From Macrostomum lignano (Eukaryota), in the NCBI GenBank assembly GCA_002269645.1, contig NIVC01001966.1, positions 1 to 64,000 on the forward strand: a stretch of 64,000 nucleotides of DNA, written 5' to 3'. Position 1 is the first letter of the stretch. Each line of letters starts with the position of its first letter. Under the pieces are notes generated by a model that saw nothing but the letters and a program-made list of their open reading frames with translations, was not told the origin of the DNA and did no database searches. The position numbers and the translations under genes are program-made. Below are positions 50,101 to 61,500 of this stretch, piece by piece.

Positions 50101-52500
50101 TGTCAGGTTTATTAATTGCTAGACAAGTTAGCATACAAGCGCAACCTCCAAAATTTGGTTAGCCATGCAACTTAGTTTCAACAAAAATGCAATATAGTTT
50201 TTTGCCAAAAATACAACTTACATGTAAAAAACCCTAAAGCAAAATTAATGCAATTTTGGGTAAATGGCAAGAGTAACTATGACTATCTTATTAAGGCAAA
50301 ATGCCTCATTATCTACTTGTACTACTTTGGTATTTATTCGAGTGGGCATTTTTGCAACTTACCTTGGTTGGCCACCAAATTGGTTGGCTAGATTGGCCAA
50401 CTTGGCCAACTGTTGCGCATGTATGCAAGTTAGCTTGATGAGAATTAAAGTAACTAACTTGCTACTATTATAATACTAGGATTAGTAGTTTAGTAGGCCC
50501 TAAATATAGAATAGATAATATAGACAATTTGCTAAATTATAATAAAGTTGTAGGCTTAACATACATACACAACAGTTGGCCAAGTTGGCCAATCCAGCCG
50601 ATTGATTTGGTGGCCAACCAAGGAAGTTGCAAAAATGCCCACCTGAAAAAATACCTAAGTAGGGCCTAGTAATACTAAATAGTTGATAAGGCATTTTGAC
50701 TTAATAAGACAGTTAGAATTACTCCTGCTGTTTACCCAAAGCTGCATTAATTTTGCTTCAGGGTTTTTTATATGTAAGTCACATTTTTGGCCAAAAACTA
50801 TGCTTTATTTTTATTAAAACTAAGTTGCATGGCCAACTGAATTTTGGAGGTTGCGCATGTATGAGGCTTAAGGCATTAGGGCCAACTAGTGAAATAATAC
50901 AGAATGTCCTTTATGACTATTAGTATCTCAATGTTTAAAAGTTATATGACTATTAGTATCTTAATGTTTAAGTTATATACCTAATAGATATCCCTTTTGC
51001 TTATAGAGCTATAAAATGTAGCTTTTCTCATATAGTGATGCTATCCTATAGGTTATAAACTAAAAATCAAATTATTTCTAACTTTGATAATGACAGGGTT
51101 TTTTGTACGCAGAGTGTGTATATGCACCTTAAATTTTAAAAAAGCATCCTGAAATTAAAAAAGTAGGTGCGGTTTAGGTGCAGTCTTATAACCATTTTTC
51201 TTTTAAGGCTTAACCATGCTTAAGCTATTTTTCATGCATTGCCTCATACATGCGCAACCTCCAAATTTGGTCAGCCATGCGACTTAGTTTTAACAAAAAT
51301 GTGACAGTTTTTGGCCAAAAATGCAACTTGCTTTACAGTTGAAAAAAACTGTAAAGCAAAATTAACGCAACTTTGGGTAAACGACAGGAGTAACTATGAC
51401 TCTCTTATTAAGCCAAAATGCCTCATCAGCTACTTAGTACTACTACTTGGGTGTTTTTTGAGTGGGCATTTTTGCAACTTCCTTGGTTGGTCGCCAAATT
51501 GGTCGGCCAGATTGGCTGACTCGGCCGACTCTTGCTCATGTATGCACTGCCTTAAAATATGAAACAAAATAACTCTTTAAATCCTATTAAGTCATATAGG
51601 CGATATAGCCTATGGCTATAGCCTTATGTAAGATATTAAAATATACATTCCCAGTTGTCTGAAACAAGACTCAAGAGAAATTGCACTCTGAGCCTTAAAA
51701 TTGCACCTTGAAATTTGGCACAAGGTGCGATTTTGCACCTTGTCTCTGGCAAAAAAACCCAGGATAATGATATAGAAAGATTAATTATAACATATTATAC
51801 TATTTTACCTTTAGTTTTGAATAAAAACTTTGAAAACTAACAAACTCCTCTTTAATATGACATTATAGTCTAGGTTTTTTGGCCTTTAGAAAATCCGGCA
51901 ACTTTATTTTCCTATACTAGTTGCCAATTTCAAAAAATGATTTTATAGACATAAAAAATTGCTATATGAATTGATATGATAGAATTATTAATAATAGTTT
52001 GATATTGTTTTCAGCATAGATAGCAATCTTAGAGTTAAAAGAACAAAATTTTGCTTTTCAAATACAGGCTTAGAAATATCTATCCTTGAGAATTTGGCAA
52101 TTACCAATAGGCAACCAAAAATAGCCATTGGCAATTAGATTTTGAGCCCAAAGGGCCAGCTGGCAACTGGATTTCCAACCTTAAAAAACCTATTAACAAT
52201 GGTATATTTATGGCATTTTTTGAAACATACACAACCAAGAATAAATATAATAACTTAATAAGCCAAGGTAGTAATCAAAATTGATTATGAACTATTCAAT
52301 ATTGATTAGGGATTATCAAAAATGGAATAGACTTTTTGGGTATACAAACCATAGTGTCAGAGTCAGTTTTAAAGCAACTCTATCAAAATAGAATTAGACT
52401 AGTCTAATAGACTTTATAGTTTATAGCCTAAGTAATTAGGCTTTTTTAGCTTGTGTATATGTAAAAGAATGGAGAAAAATAAATTTAGCAATACTTTTAG
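46800..52500. repeat. AT-rich, CpG-depleted block of decayed DNA-transposon-like repeats (direct and inverted copies)
   Basis: A ~300-bp module at 50131-50430 (+), 50530-50870 (inverted) and 51241-51545 (+); inverted pair ~48760-48960 vs ~51890-52190; no long ORFs. Confidence 0.7.
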
Positions 52501-53107
52501 ATCCCATGTCACTTAAAGTCGCTTGTGTGCCTATGTCGCTTAAAGTGCGCCAGGGTGCACACAACCCCCTGCCTCTAAAAAAAATAATGGTATAGGCCAA
52601 GACATAACAGAACAGAACTTAGGCTCAGAATTATTATTTAATTTAGCCTGTGCAGCTCTGTGGCTATGCCACTTTATAAAGGACTACTTACAGGGTAGGC
52701 CCCTAGGGTATCATAAATACTGGTTTTTTCTGCATTGGATGTATTAGCCTATTATTAGGCCTAGCCCCATACGGCCTAGACAAAGATTAAAATGATATCC
52801 AAAAACGCACTAGTATGACAAGTACTAGTGTAGTACTATGTGACAACCTAAATTATTTTTGTAAACATACAGTAAGCGCATCTATCTTAAGTTCTTCAGG
52901 CCTGTCTTAGTGTTCTGTTAAAAATGTCACGTAGGCTTGTCCTAAGTAAAATCTGGTCGAAACTGCGTTATATAACACGACAGCATATGGCCGTTTGAAT
53001 TGGCGCTAAAACGCCTGTCTGAGCAATCTGTAAATTTTTGTTATAATGGCTTGTAGCGGGTAACGCTTTGCAAAATTTAACTTAAGAATTTTTGCTCATT
53101 TTTTACC

Positions 53108-56100
53108 ATGGCTACCTTTGACTTAACAGATATAACTGCAAACCTGCCATCAGTTCAGTTTGAAAGTGCATTAACGGAGGAGCAGTATGCTGAAAACTAT
53201 CTGCGAAATAAATGCCACAGTCTTTTATACAACGCCTGCGCACAATCTGTATATTTTGTGTCCTCACTTAACGAATTCAGGTATGCGTATGTCATTCTCG
53301 AACAGAGTTTATAAATAGGAAGCCTTTGAATTTATTCAGACATTTAATATTTTATCCATGTTTTTTACTCTGATTAGTGACTACATGCCTGCTAATAATA
53401 CTATATTAACATAGGTGGCAAGTCATGCATATTGTACTAGGCATAAGTGCGATGCTTTAAATACATTTTTTAATCCAAACTGCTCAACTGAATGACATAT
53501 TAAAGTCCCATTTTTCGCAAATATTTAGGTTGTGGTTAAAAAACTCGATAACAAATATCTAGTTAACAGTGCGAAAAGCTATTCCATAGTTCACTATGTC
53601 TTATTTATATTTTATTAATTTTTAACAACTTAACGCTTTTAGTTATAGTTGAAGTAGTGAGGTATTACATTTTTTGCACAAGCTCCACACACCGTCCAAA
53701 AGAAAATTTTTGTTCTAATATCTCATTTGCTTTTTTGTCAAATTATAGCCCTGTGTGTTTCTAGTCTTTAAAAGCATTCTATGAAATAAAACTTAATCCA
53801 TCCTAAAAAATACAGGTATTTTGAAATTTAATTTAGTAAAATCAAAATCTTTAGTTCAAAAAGACATTGCTGCAATTGCCAGAGCACTGGGAACAGGGAG
53901 GTTGCAAGAGAGGGCAGCTGCCACCAGGCATTGAGATGGGGCACTGCTCCTTCTGGAATTTGAGATCATTTCTTAACCGCAAAATAGGAGCCAACCAGGG
54001 GAGTTCAAGAGGGCCAGATGTTCCGTAGTGAAAATGGGGTCCTTTTCCTGGATAAATCTTGTTTGAAAGTTAACGTCAAATGTAACTAAAATCAGTGGGA
54101 CTCTTTCCCGTCGGGCAAGAAATGTTTCGTGGTCCCTGTATGGCAAAAACGAATAGTTCAAATCGATACAATATTTTTATTAGTCTCCAGCAGACCGAGC
54201 TATAACTCGCATTTTCCCACGCGCAGGGAGAACCGCCTGTTGGTGCTGCACCCGAACGATAAGAAGCTCTCCAACAAACTGCTGAAAGACATGCAGGCCA
54301 AGGAGCCGCTGCTGGTTGGCATCATCGGATTCGGACGGCTGGGCTCTCGGCTGGCCAACTTTCTGGTGCGCGGTTCAGGCCTAATGCCGCAGGAATTGAA
54401 GATCTCCACGAGAAGGCCTGAGCTGGCTTGTGAGTTCTACGTTGAACAAGGATTTTCTAGTAGCAGTGACTATTTTACTTTTGCGTAGCTTTGGATATCT
54501 CTGAGTAGCTCTGAGTAGTCCGTGAGTTAACTATGGCTTAGTCCGTAACTTTCCGTAGCGTTGAGTAGCTTTGCGTAGCTTTTTCCATGACCTGAGACGC
54601 TTAGTCCGTGAGCGGAGTAGCTTAGTCCGTGAGCGGAGTAGCTTAGTCCGTGAGCGGAGTAGCTTAGTTCGTGAGTTTAGTAGCTTAGTCCGTGAGCTGA
54701 GTAGCTTAGTCCGTGAGTTGAATAGCTTAGTCCGTGAGCTGAGTAGCTTAGTCCGTGAGTTGAGTAGCTTAGTCCGTGAGTTGAGTAGCTTAGTCCGTGA
54801 GCGGAGTAGCTTAGTTCGTGAGTTTAGTAGCTTAGTCCGTGAGCTGAGTAGCTTAGTCCGTGAGTTGAATAGCTTAGTCCGTGAGCTGAGTAGCTTAGTC
54901 CGTGAGTTGAGTAGCTTAGTCCGTGAGTTGAGTAGCTTAGTCCGTGAGTTGAATAGCTTAGTCCGTGAGCTGAGTAGCTTAGTCCGTGAGTTGAGTAGCT
55001 TAGTCCGTGAGTTGAGTAGCTTAGTCCGTGAGTTGAATAGCTTAGTCCGTGAGCTGAGTAGCTTAGTCCGTGAGTTGAGTAGCTTAGTCCGTGAGTTGAG
55101 TAGCTTAGTCCGTGAGTTGAATAGCTTAGTCCGTGAGTTGAGTATCTTAGTCCGCGAGCTGAGTAGTTAGTCCGTGAGCGGAGTAGCTTAGTTCGTGAGC
55201 GGAGTAGCTTAGTTCGTGAGTTGAGTAGCTTAGTCCGTGAGTTGAGTAGCTTAGTCCGTGAGTTGAGTAGCTTAGTCCGTGAGTTGAGTATCTTAGTCCG
55301 CGAGCTGAGTAGTTAGTCCGTGAGCTGAGTAGCTTAGTCCGTGAGCTGAGCTAGAATATTCATTCCCTCCTTCTGGTATCAGAAATGTGTCAGAATGGTG
55401 CTATGGGGAGAGCTGCAAAGCTGCAAGACATCATAGAGTACGCTTTCACTATCGCTTTGCAGCGGACCTGACTGCCAGAGGTTGTATCTGCGTGTTTGAC
55501 AACGCCAAAGTTGCCTCCTCTGTTCACCTGCTGTTTCTGTGCTGCCCTCCGGCCGCGCTGCCCAGCGTAGCCGATGAAATTCGCGACCACCTGTCGCCTA
55601 GGACCATTGTGTACTCATATGTGACCGGCTACAGGTGAGCAAAGCTCCATCTGTGTTGGTACAGAGTGATGGAAAATCTAGAAATGAGATGTCTCTGTGG
55701 ATCTTAATCTCGACTACTAAAGTATGCAAATTTGCTTCAAGTTCTACTAACAGTCATATAAAGCGTGAAATAACGTTTTCGTTACATTTTACCGCTTGAA
55801 GGGAGAGAAAACTACGCCAACTACTGGACCACGAGGCCCTGATTTGTCCGGCCTTCAGCTGCCGGCCGGCCCTCGCTTCCGTCTGGCCAATGTCGGCCGA
55901 AATGGTCGACCTGATGATGCGGCCAGCCACCGCTATGGCCGCCTGTCCAGTGGCGCCTCCAGCCAGCTCCCAGGATGAAGAAGACTGCGATAACGAGGTG
56001 CGTCTGATTTCGCACTCGGGGTGTCATGTTGTGTTAGGAGTTTTTAGAGTCTGAGGCGCTAATTACGAGCGTAAGCGCCTCAGAGGTGCTTGAGGTGCAT

Positions 56101-57687
56101 TTCGTGTCAGATCATGGACAACTGATGCAGAATGACGCTACACTCGACTTTCTTAGAAATAAGCTGGAAGCCGGCAAGTAACGGATATTTGTCGTATCGT
56201 TCTGGACAGAATTCGTCTGTGGCGCAACCCCATTCAGCGCTATGCATTCTCCAGATCATACTAAAAGCACTGTCGATAGGACACATCTACATTCCTTACA
56301 TCACTCAGCTCATTTCTAAGCAGCGTCCTTCTGCTTCCGCTGTCTATGTATCAGATTGTGTTAGCTTGGTGTGCATTTGGTTGCATCTGATGTCAGAGGT
56401 TTCAGTTTGGTGTCGGGGCATGAACCTGGGTGCCAAAGAGCTTCGATTTGGATGCCAGGGGGGGGGGGCGTCAATTCATATGTCACGACGACCCCAGCGC
56501 ACTACTGCTGCCACAACCCCCCGTTCAATCTACGCGTCAGCCTGGAGCGTTTCTCCGCACGGACCCGAAGCTGATCACTCTGTGGATCTACTCGCTAGCC
56601 AACCTGTGCACGCTGAAGCGGCACACGGTAGACGAGACTCTGGCCATCGTCAATCACATCTGCGTGCGCAGCGCCATCAAGCCGGCTCGACCTACCGGCG
56701 AAGATGATGACGAAAAGCAGCTGCTGAATGAGGCGGCGGCTGCCGAGGCGGAGGCTGCAGCGGCCGCCCTGCTGCTTCAGCCGCGCGACCTCATCAGGGG
56801 TCTGGACGCCAGCGACGAGTGAGTGGATCCCCAATGGCTAGCCAAAAGATTCTATGGCTTTAGAGGCAGAACTGGCTCCCTCAGTGGGATTTCCAAGATT
56901 CCAAGGGTTTCACAATCAGGGGCACGATAGCTGAGGTGCTTTCGTTTAGAATCAGGTACGCCAGAACCAGGTGCGCCAGAACCAGGTGCGCCAGAACCAG
57001 GTGCGCCAGAACCAGGTGCGCCAGAACCAGGTGCGCCAGAACCAGGTGCGCCAGAACCAGGTGCGCCAGAACCAGGTGCGCCAGAACCAGGTGCGCCAGA
57101 ACCAGGTGCGCCAGAACCAGGTGCGCCAGAACCAGGTGCGCCAGAACCAGGTGCGCCAGAACCAGGTGCGCCAGAACCAGGTGCGCCAGAACCAGGTGCG
57201 CCAGAACCAGGTGCGCCAGAACCAGGTGCGCCAGAACCAGGTGCGCCAGAACCAGGTGCGCCAGAACCAGGTGCGCCAGAACCAGGTGCGCCAGAACCAG
57301 GTGCGCCAGAACCAGGTGCGCCAGAACCAGGTGCGCCAGAACCAGGTGCGCCAGAACCAGGTGCGCCAGAACCAGGTGCGCCAGAACCAGGTGCGCCAGA
57401 ACCAGGGGCATCAGCACCAGGTGCGCCAGAACCAGGTGCGCCAGAAACCAGGGGCGCCAGCACCAGGGTATTAGCCCCTTCTCCCCCTAGAAGAGACCCA
57501 ACCTTTGCCGCAACCCCATTCCAACTGCAGGCACCTGCCACTCTTCGACCTGACGGAGATTTCTCAGCAGGCGACCTTCTTGGACGATCGGCTGCGTCGA
57601 GACGCCGCACTGAGGCGGTCGTTTGCTGACAGATTCTGCCAGCGCCTGGGCGCCGCCTGCACAAAGCTGAAGTTTCACAGCGGCTGA
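53108..57687 (+). CDS. NOXRED1: NADP-dependent oxidoreductase domain-containing protein 1 (~392 aa, 6 exons)
   Basis: Exons 53108-53280, 54227-54429, 55463-55634, 55802-55997, 56541-56818, 57531-57687 total 1179 nt. Motifs LPSVQFE, ACAQSVYF, VGIIGFGRLG (Rossmann), LKISTRRPE, LLFLCCPP, FDLT. Confidence 0.85.
54596..55350. repeat. 21-bp minisatellite (AGTAGCTTAGTCCGTGAGTTG)n, NOXRED1 intron 2
   Basis: Directly visible. Confidence 0.95.
56955..57465. repeat. 15-bp minisatellite (CCAGAACCAGGTGCG)n, NOXRED1 intron 5
   Basis: Near-perfect array between donor 56819 and acceptor 57530. Confidence 0.95.
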
Positions 57688-57985
57688 CTGTCGGTTTTTT
57701 ATTTTTTATCTTAACTGCATCCAAATTACGCTACTAATAGTAAACCAGTTTGATATTTATTCTTATTTTTATTGGAGCTGTTTTACGTTTCGTGCGAGTA
57801 CAAAGTACGAGTAGAAATTTCAAGTAAGCAGAATTTTTTGTAAGTAAACCACCCAAATCGCTTTTTTCAGTTAAAATTTTCTCTTTTAGAACACGTCAAG
57901 TCTTCTGTTTAATTTTAAAACTTGTATCTCAGAATATAGCACTAACTGTGTAGGAAATCCAAAAGTGTAGTTTTCAAGTAAACAG

Positions 57986-58478
57986 CAGTCCCGAATCCCC
58001 AGTCCCGAATCCCCAGTCCCGAATCCCCAGTCCCGAATCCCCAGTCCCGAATCCCCGGTCCCGAATCCCCTGTCCCGAATCCCCGGTCCCGAATCCCCAG
58101 TCCCGAATCCCCAGTCCCGAATCCCCGGTCCTGAATCCCCAGTCCCGAATCCCCAGTCCCGAATCCCCAGTCCCGAATCCCCAGTCCCGAATCCCCAGTC
58201 CCGAATCCCCAGTCCCGAATCCCCAGTCCCGAATCCCCAGTCCCGAATCCCCAGTCCCGAATCCCCAGTCCCGAATCCCCAGTCCCGAATCCCCTGTCCC
58301 GAATCCCCAGTCCCGAATCCCCAGTCCCGAATCCCCAGTCCCGAATCCCCAGTCCCGAATCCTCGATCCCAAATCCTCGATCCCAAATCCTCGATCCCAA
58401 ATCCTCGATCCAAAATCCTAGATCCCAAATCCTCGATCCAAAATCCCAGATCCCAAATCCTCGATCCCAAATCCTAGA
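57986..58478. repeat. 14-bp minisatellites (CCCGAATCCCCAGT)n grading into (CCTCGATCCCAAAT)n
   Basis: Directly visible. Confidence 0.95.
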
Positions 58479-58552
58479 TTCTGGGTCTTGTATTCCGCAC
58501 CCTTGTTTGAAAGCGGTGACCAGAAGTCTCATGTGACGCCCCATCCACAGCC

Positions 58553-61500
58553 ATGTCTGCAGACCCCTTGGACAGCGGCGCAGGCGGTGGCAGTGGCGCC
58601 CTGCGGATGAACCTGAATCGGCGCCAGCGAATGGAGATTGACCGCGACTGGCGCGACGTCAACTGGCGCGGCCGAAGCGCAATCATGGCCGATCGGGTTG
58701 GCCGAGCGCGCCGCGCAGATCTCATGGCCGACATTGAGCGCAAACTGGCGCCAGGCTACGCGCCGCCAAAGAAGCCGCGCCAGCTGCCCCAGCAGCAGCC
58801 GCAGAAGCCGGGAAATTTGCAGGTGCTTCTGGCAGGTAAACCGGCCGTCTCTCCAAGAAACCTGGCGCCGCACCAGCCATCCGCGACAGGTGCTGCGCCA
58901 TCCGCCGCCGCAAGCATCGCCGCGCTGGCCGAGGCCAATCGGATCTCCCAAGACCCGGTCGACAGCGAAGCCGCCAGCGACGATGCGGGAGAGAACAGAG
59001 ACGCCGATATCGGTTCGCCGCCGCCCCTGCAGCAGCCGCGGACCGCCTCGCCGCCGCCGCGTCCTCCGGCGATCATCGCCAGCCAGGGCGCCGTCCGCCA
59101 GGCGCCGGTGGCCATCAAAGCCGAGCGGCCGCCGCTGCCGCCGCCGACAGCGCAGAAGCAAATTAACAAGAAGAAGAAGAAGAAATCGCTGGTGTCGAAG
59201 TCGCTCTCAGCCGTCGATCCGGGCGCAGCCGACGCGGCGGAGATGGAAGCGGCGGAGGGCAAGTCGGAGCAAGCGCTGTTGGAAGAGGCTCGAACCCTGG
59301 CCCAGCTGACTCGCCGGGATCCGGCGCCGCCTCTCCAGTCGCCGGAGGAGGCGACAGCGGCGCCATCAGAGCCAGCCGCCGATTCTCAGCAGCGGCCGGC
59401 CCAGCAGTCCCTGGCTCCGCGCAGCATCAACCAGATTCTGAGCAGCATGCAGGAGACGGGCGGCAGGCTGCCGCCTACAGCGGCGGATCGCCAGATCGAG
59501 CAGCTCATGCGACGGTTCGCCGAACGTCGAGGTGAAGAGTTTCACGGTTTCGAAGACGATCAAGAAGCCGAGGAGGCGGCCGCTGCTGAGGCGGTGGCCG
59601 AGGCGGCTGTAATCGCTGAGGCTGAGGCCGCAGCGACTGCTAAGAGAGAGTCGGAAGAGGCGGCTGCTGCTGCTGAAAAGGCAGGACCAAAGTCGGTGCA
59701 GGCTGAGCTGCAGCTGGCCGAACTGATGGAGGTACGGCTCGTATGGCCTTGTCTATTTTCTTTTAATTGTGGTAGTACGCGAATCAGGTCCACAGTGGCT
59801 TTTGTTCCGCAATTGTTTCTTTGATGACGCCTTAGAGATTACGCCTTTTTAAACTGTAACAACTTTTGAACCAATCAAGACACAGTCGTGAAACTATATA
59901 GAATTAAACAGTAGTTGATGAGAATTTAAGCTGAGCTGAATTGAGCTGAAATACTTGTTACAGTTTGAAGTTGGACGTATAGTTACTTCTGTCGACCATA
60001 TGCATCCTCTTCCAGCCATCCCAAATTCCTAATGTCTTCCTTGACAGGTCTTCCTTTACAAAATTTGTCTTTATAAAATCGCTTTCAAGCCTTCCTGATC
60101 GCCTTAAGACAGGGGTTGGCAAACTTTTTTAACGTAAGTGCCGGATCGATATAAAATCTAGCGCATGACTGCGAGCTAGTGAGAGGAGAGGAGAGAAGAG
60201 AGAGGCGAGATGGGGGGAGAGATGAGAGAAGGGAGAGGGAAGATGAGGGAGAGAGAAGAGAAGGGAGAGGGGAGATGAGAAGAGAGAAGAGAAAGGAGAG
60301 GAAGATGAGGTAGAGAGGAGAAAGGAGAAAGAGGAGGAGTGGCCCGCGGGCCGGAATCTGCTGACCCTGCCTTAATGTTCATCCGATCGGCCCCCGATGG
60401 TATCCTTATTCAAGCCTTTCTGAACAAAATGTTCACTGCATTCAAGGAAGATAAATGCCTATATTTCTACTAACAGTAGCCTAAATATAACCTTTAACTT
60501 TTCATTGTCACATTCTTTTTTAAAAGGAGTCGCGCCAAGCCGATGAACTGACAGATTTGAAGCTCGAGAGCCTGGAAGATCGGCTCACAACGGCGAGGTC
60601 GGCGCTGCGATCTGGTCGATCTGCCTCGACGTCGGCTAGGACGCCTTTCATGACTAATAGAGAGGTGAGTGCATTTTTTTCTTAATGGACTTGCGAAAAT
60701 TGTTTTACCAACGGTTAGCGAGACAGGATTCTTGAGTTTTTAATCAGCACAGCATGCTATAATTGCATGTACATGTAAGGTCACTATAAGTGCAGCAATC
60801 GGTTTGGACTTTTCCGTTGATAGCTGATAGCTGAAAACCAGAGCTCAGTCCCGCCCCCCCCCTCCGTCGACCGTCGTTGATAGCAAACCCTGGACTTTGC
60901 GCTTTTTCCGTATACAAAATGTACTAATTCGTAACGCCGGAGTGTCAGGCTGATTTCCAATTGTTTGTTAGACCCGTTATCTTTCCTAGACTAAGGCGGT
61001 GTTTATTATAGTTCTTATCAATGCCCGTGCCAGTGCCCCGCTTATCTAATTGAAAACAACTTCGCTTTTTTCAAGCGCAGTGTCCTTGCGAGACCCTTAA
61101 TTAGAATTGTTTAGTGCTAGCTTGATTATATTGTAGAAATTACTTGGGTAGTATAGACGGACAGACCACGCGGGGGCAACATGCCCCTGCCTGATCACGC
61201 TTGAACTGCGTGACGTCTAAAACAGGTTGTCTGAATTGGTAGACTTTCAATTTGGTTAGCAGTCGTTTAGTACGTAGTCGTAGGTTATTTTAGAACCTTG
61301 TAACGGGAAAATTTCTCTATTCAATTGGTTTAGGCGCCGTTTTACTAAACATTTGAGCCAGTCAGATGAGTCAAATGTAATGTATTTTTATCGCTAGAAA
61401 TTTTAGTTTACACAGATATGCACAAGAGGATTAATTTTTACAGTGGAAGACTGAGCGTAAGTTTTTTGTAAATTTTACAAGGCTAGGTAGGACATTGAAA

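Noticed and set aside
56852-57724. (GSGAP)n elastomer-like ORF on the minus strand
   Set aside because: The array is confined to NOXRED1 intron 5 and is open in most frames; near-identical codons indicate DNA slippage.
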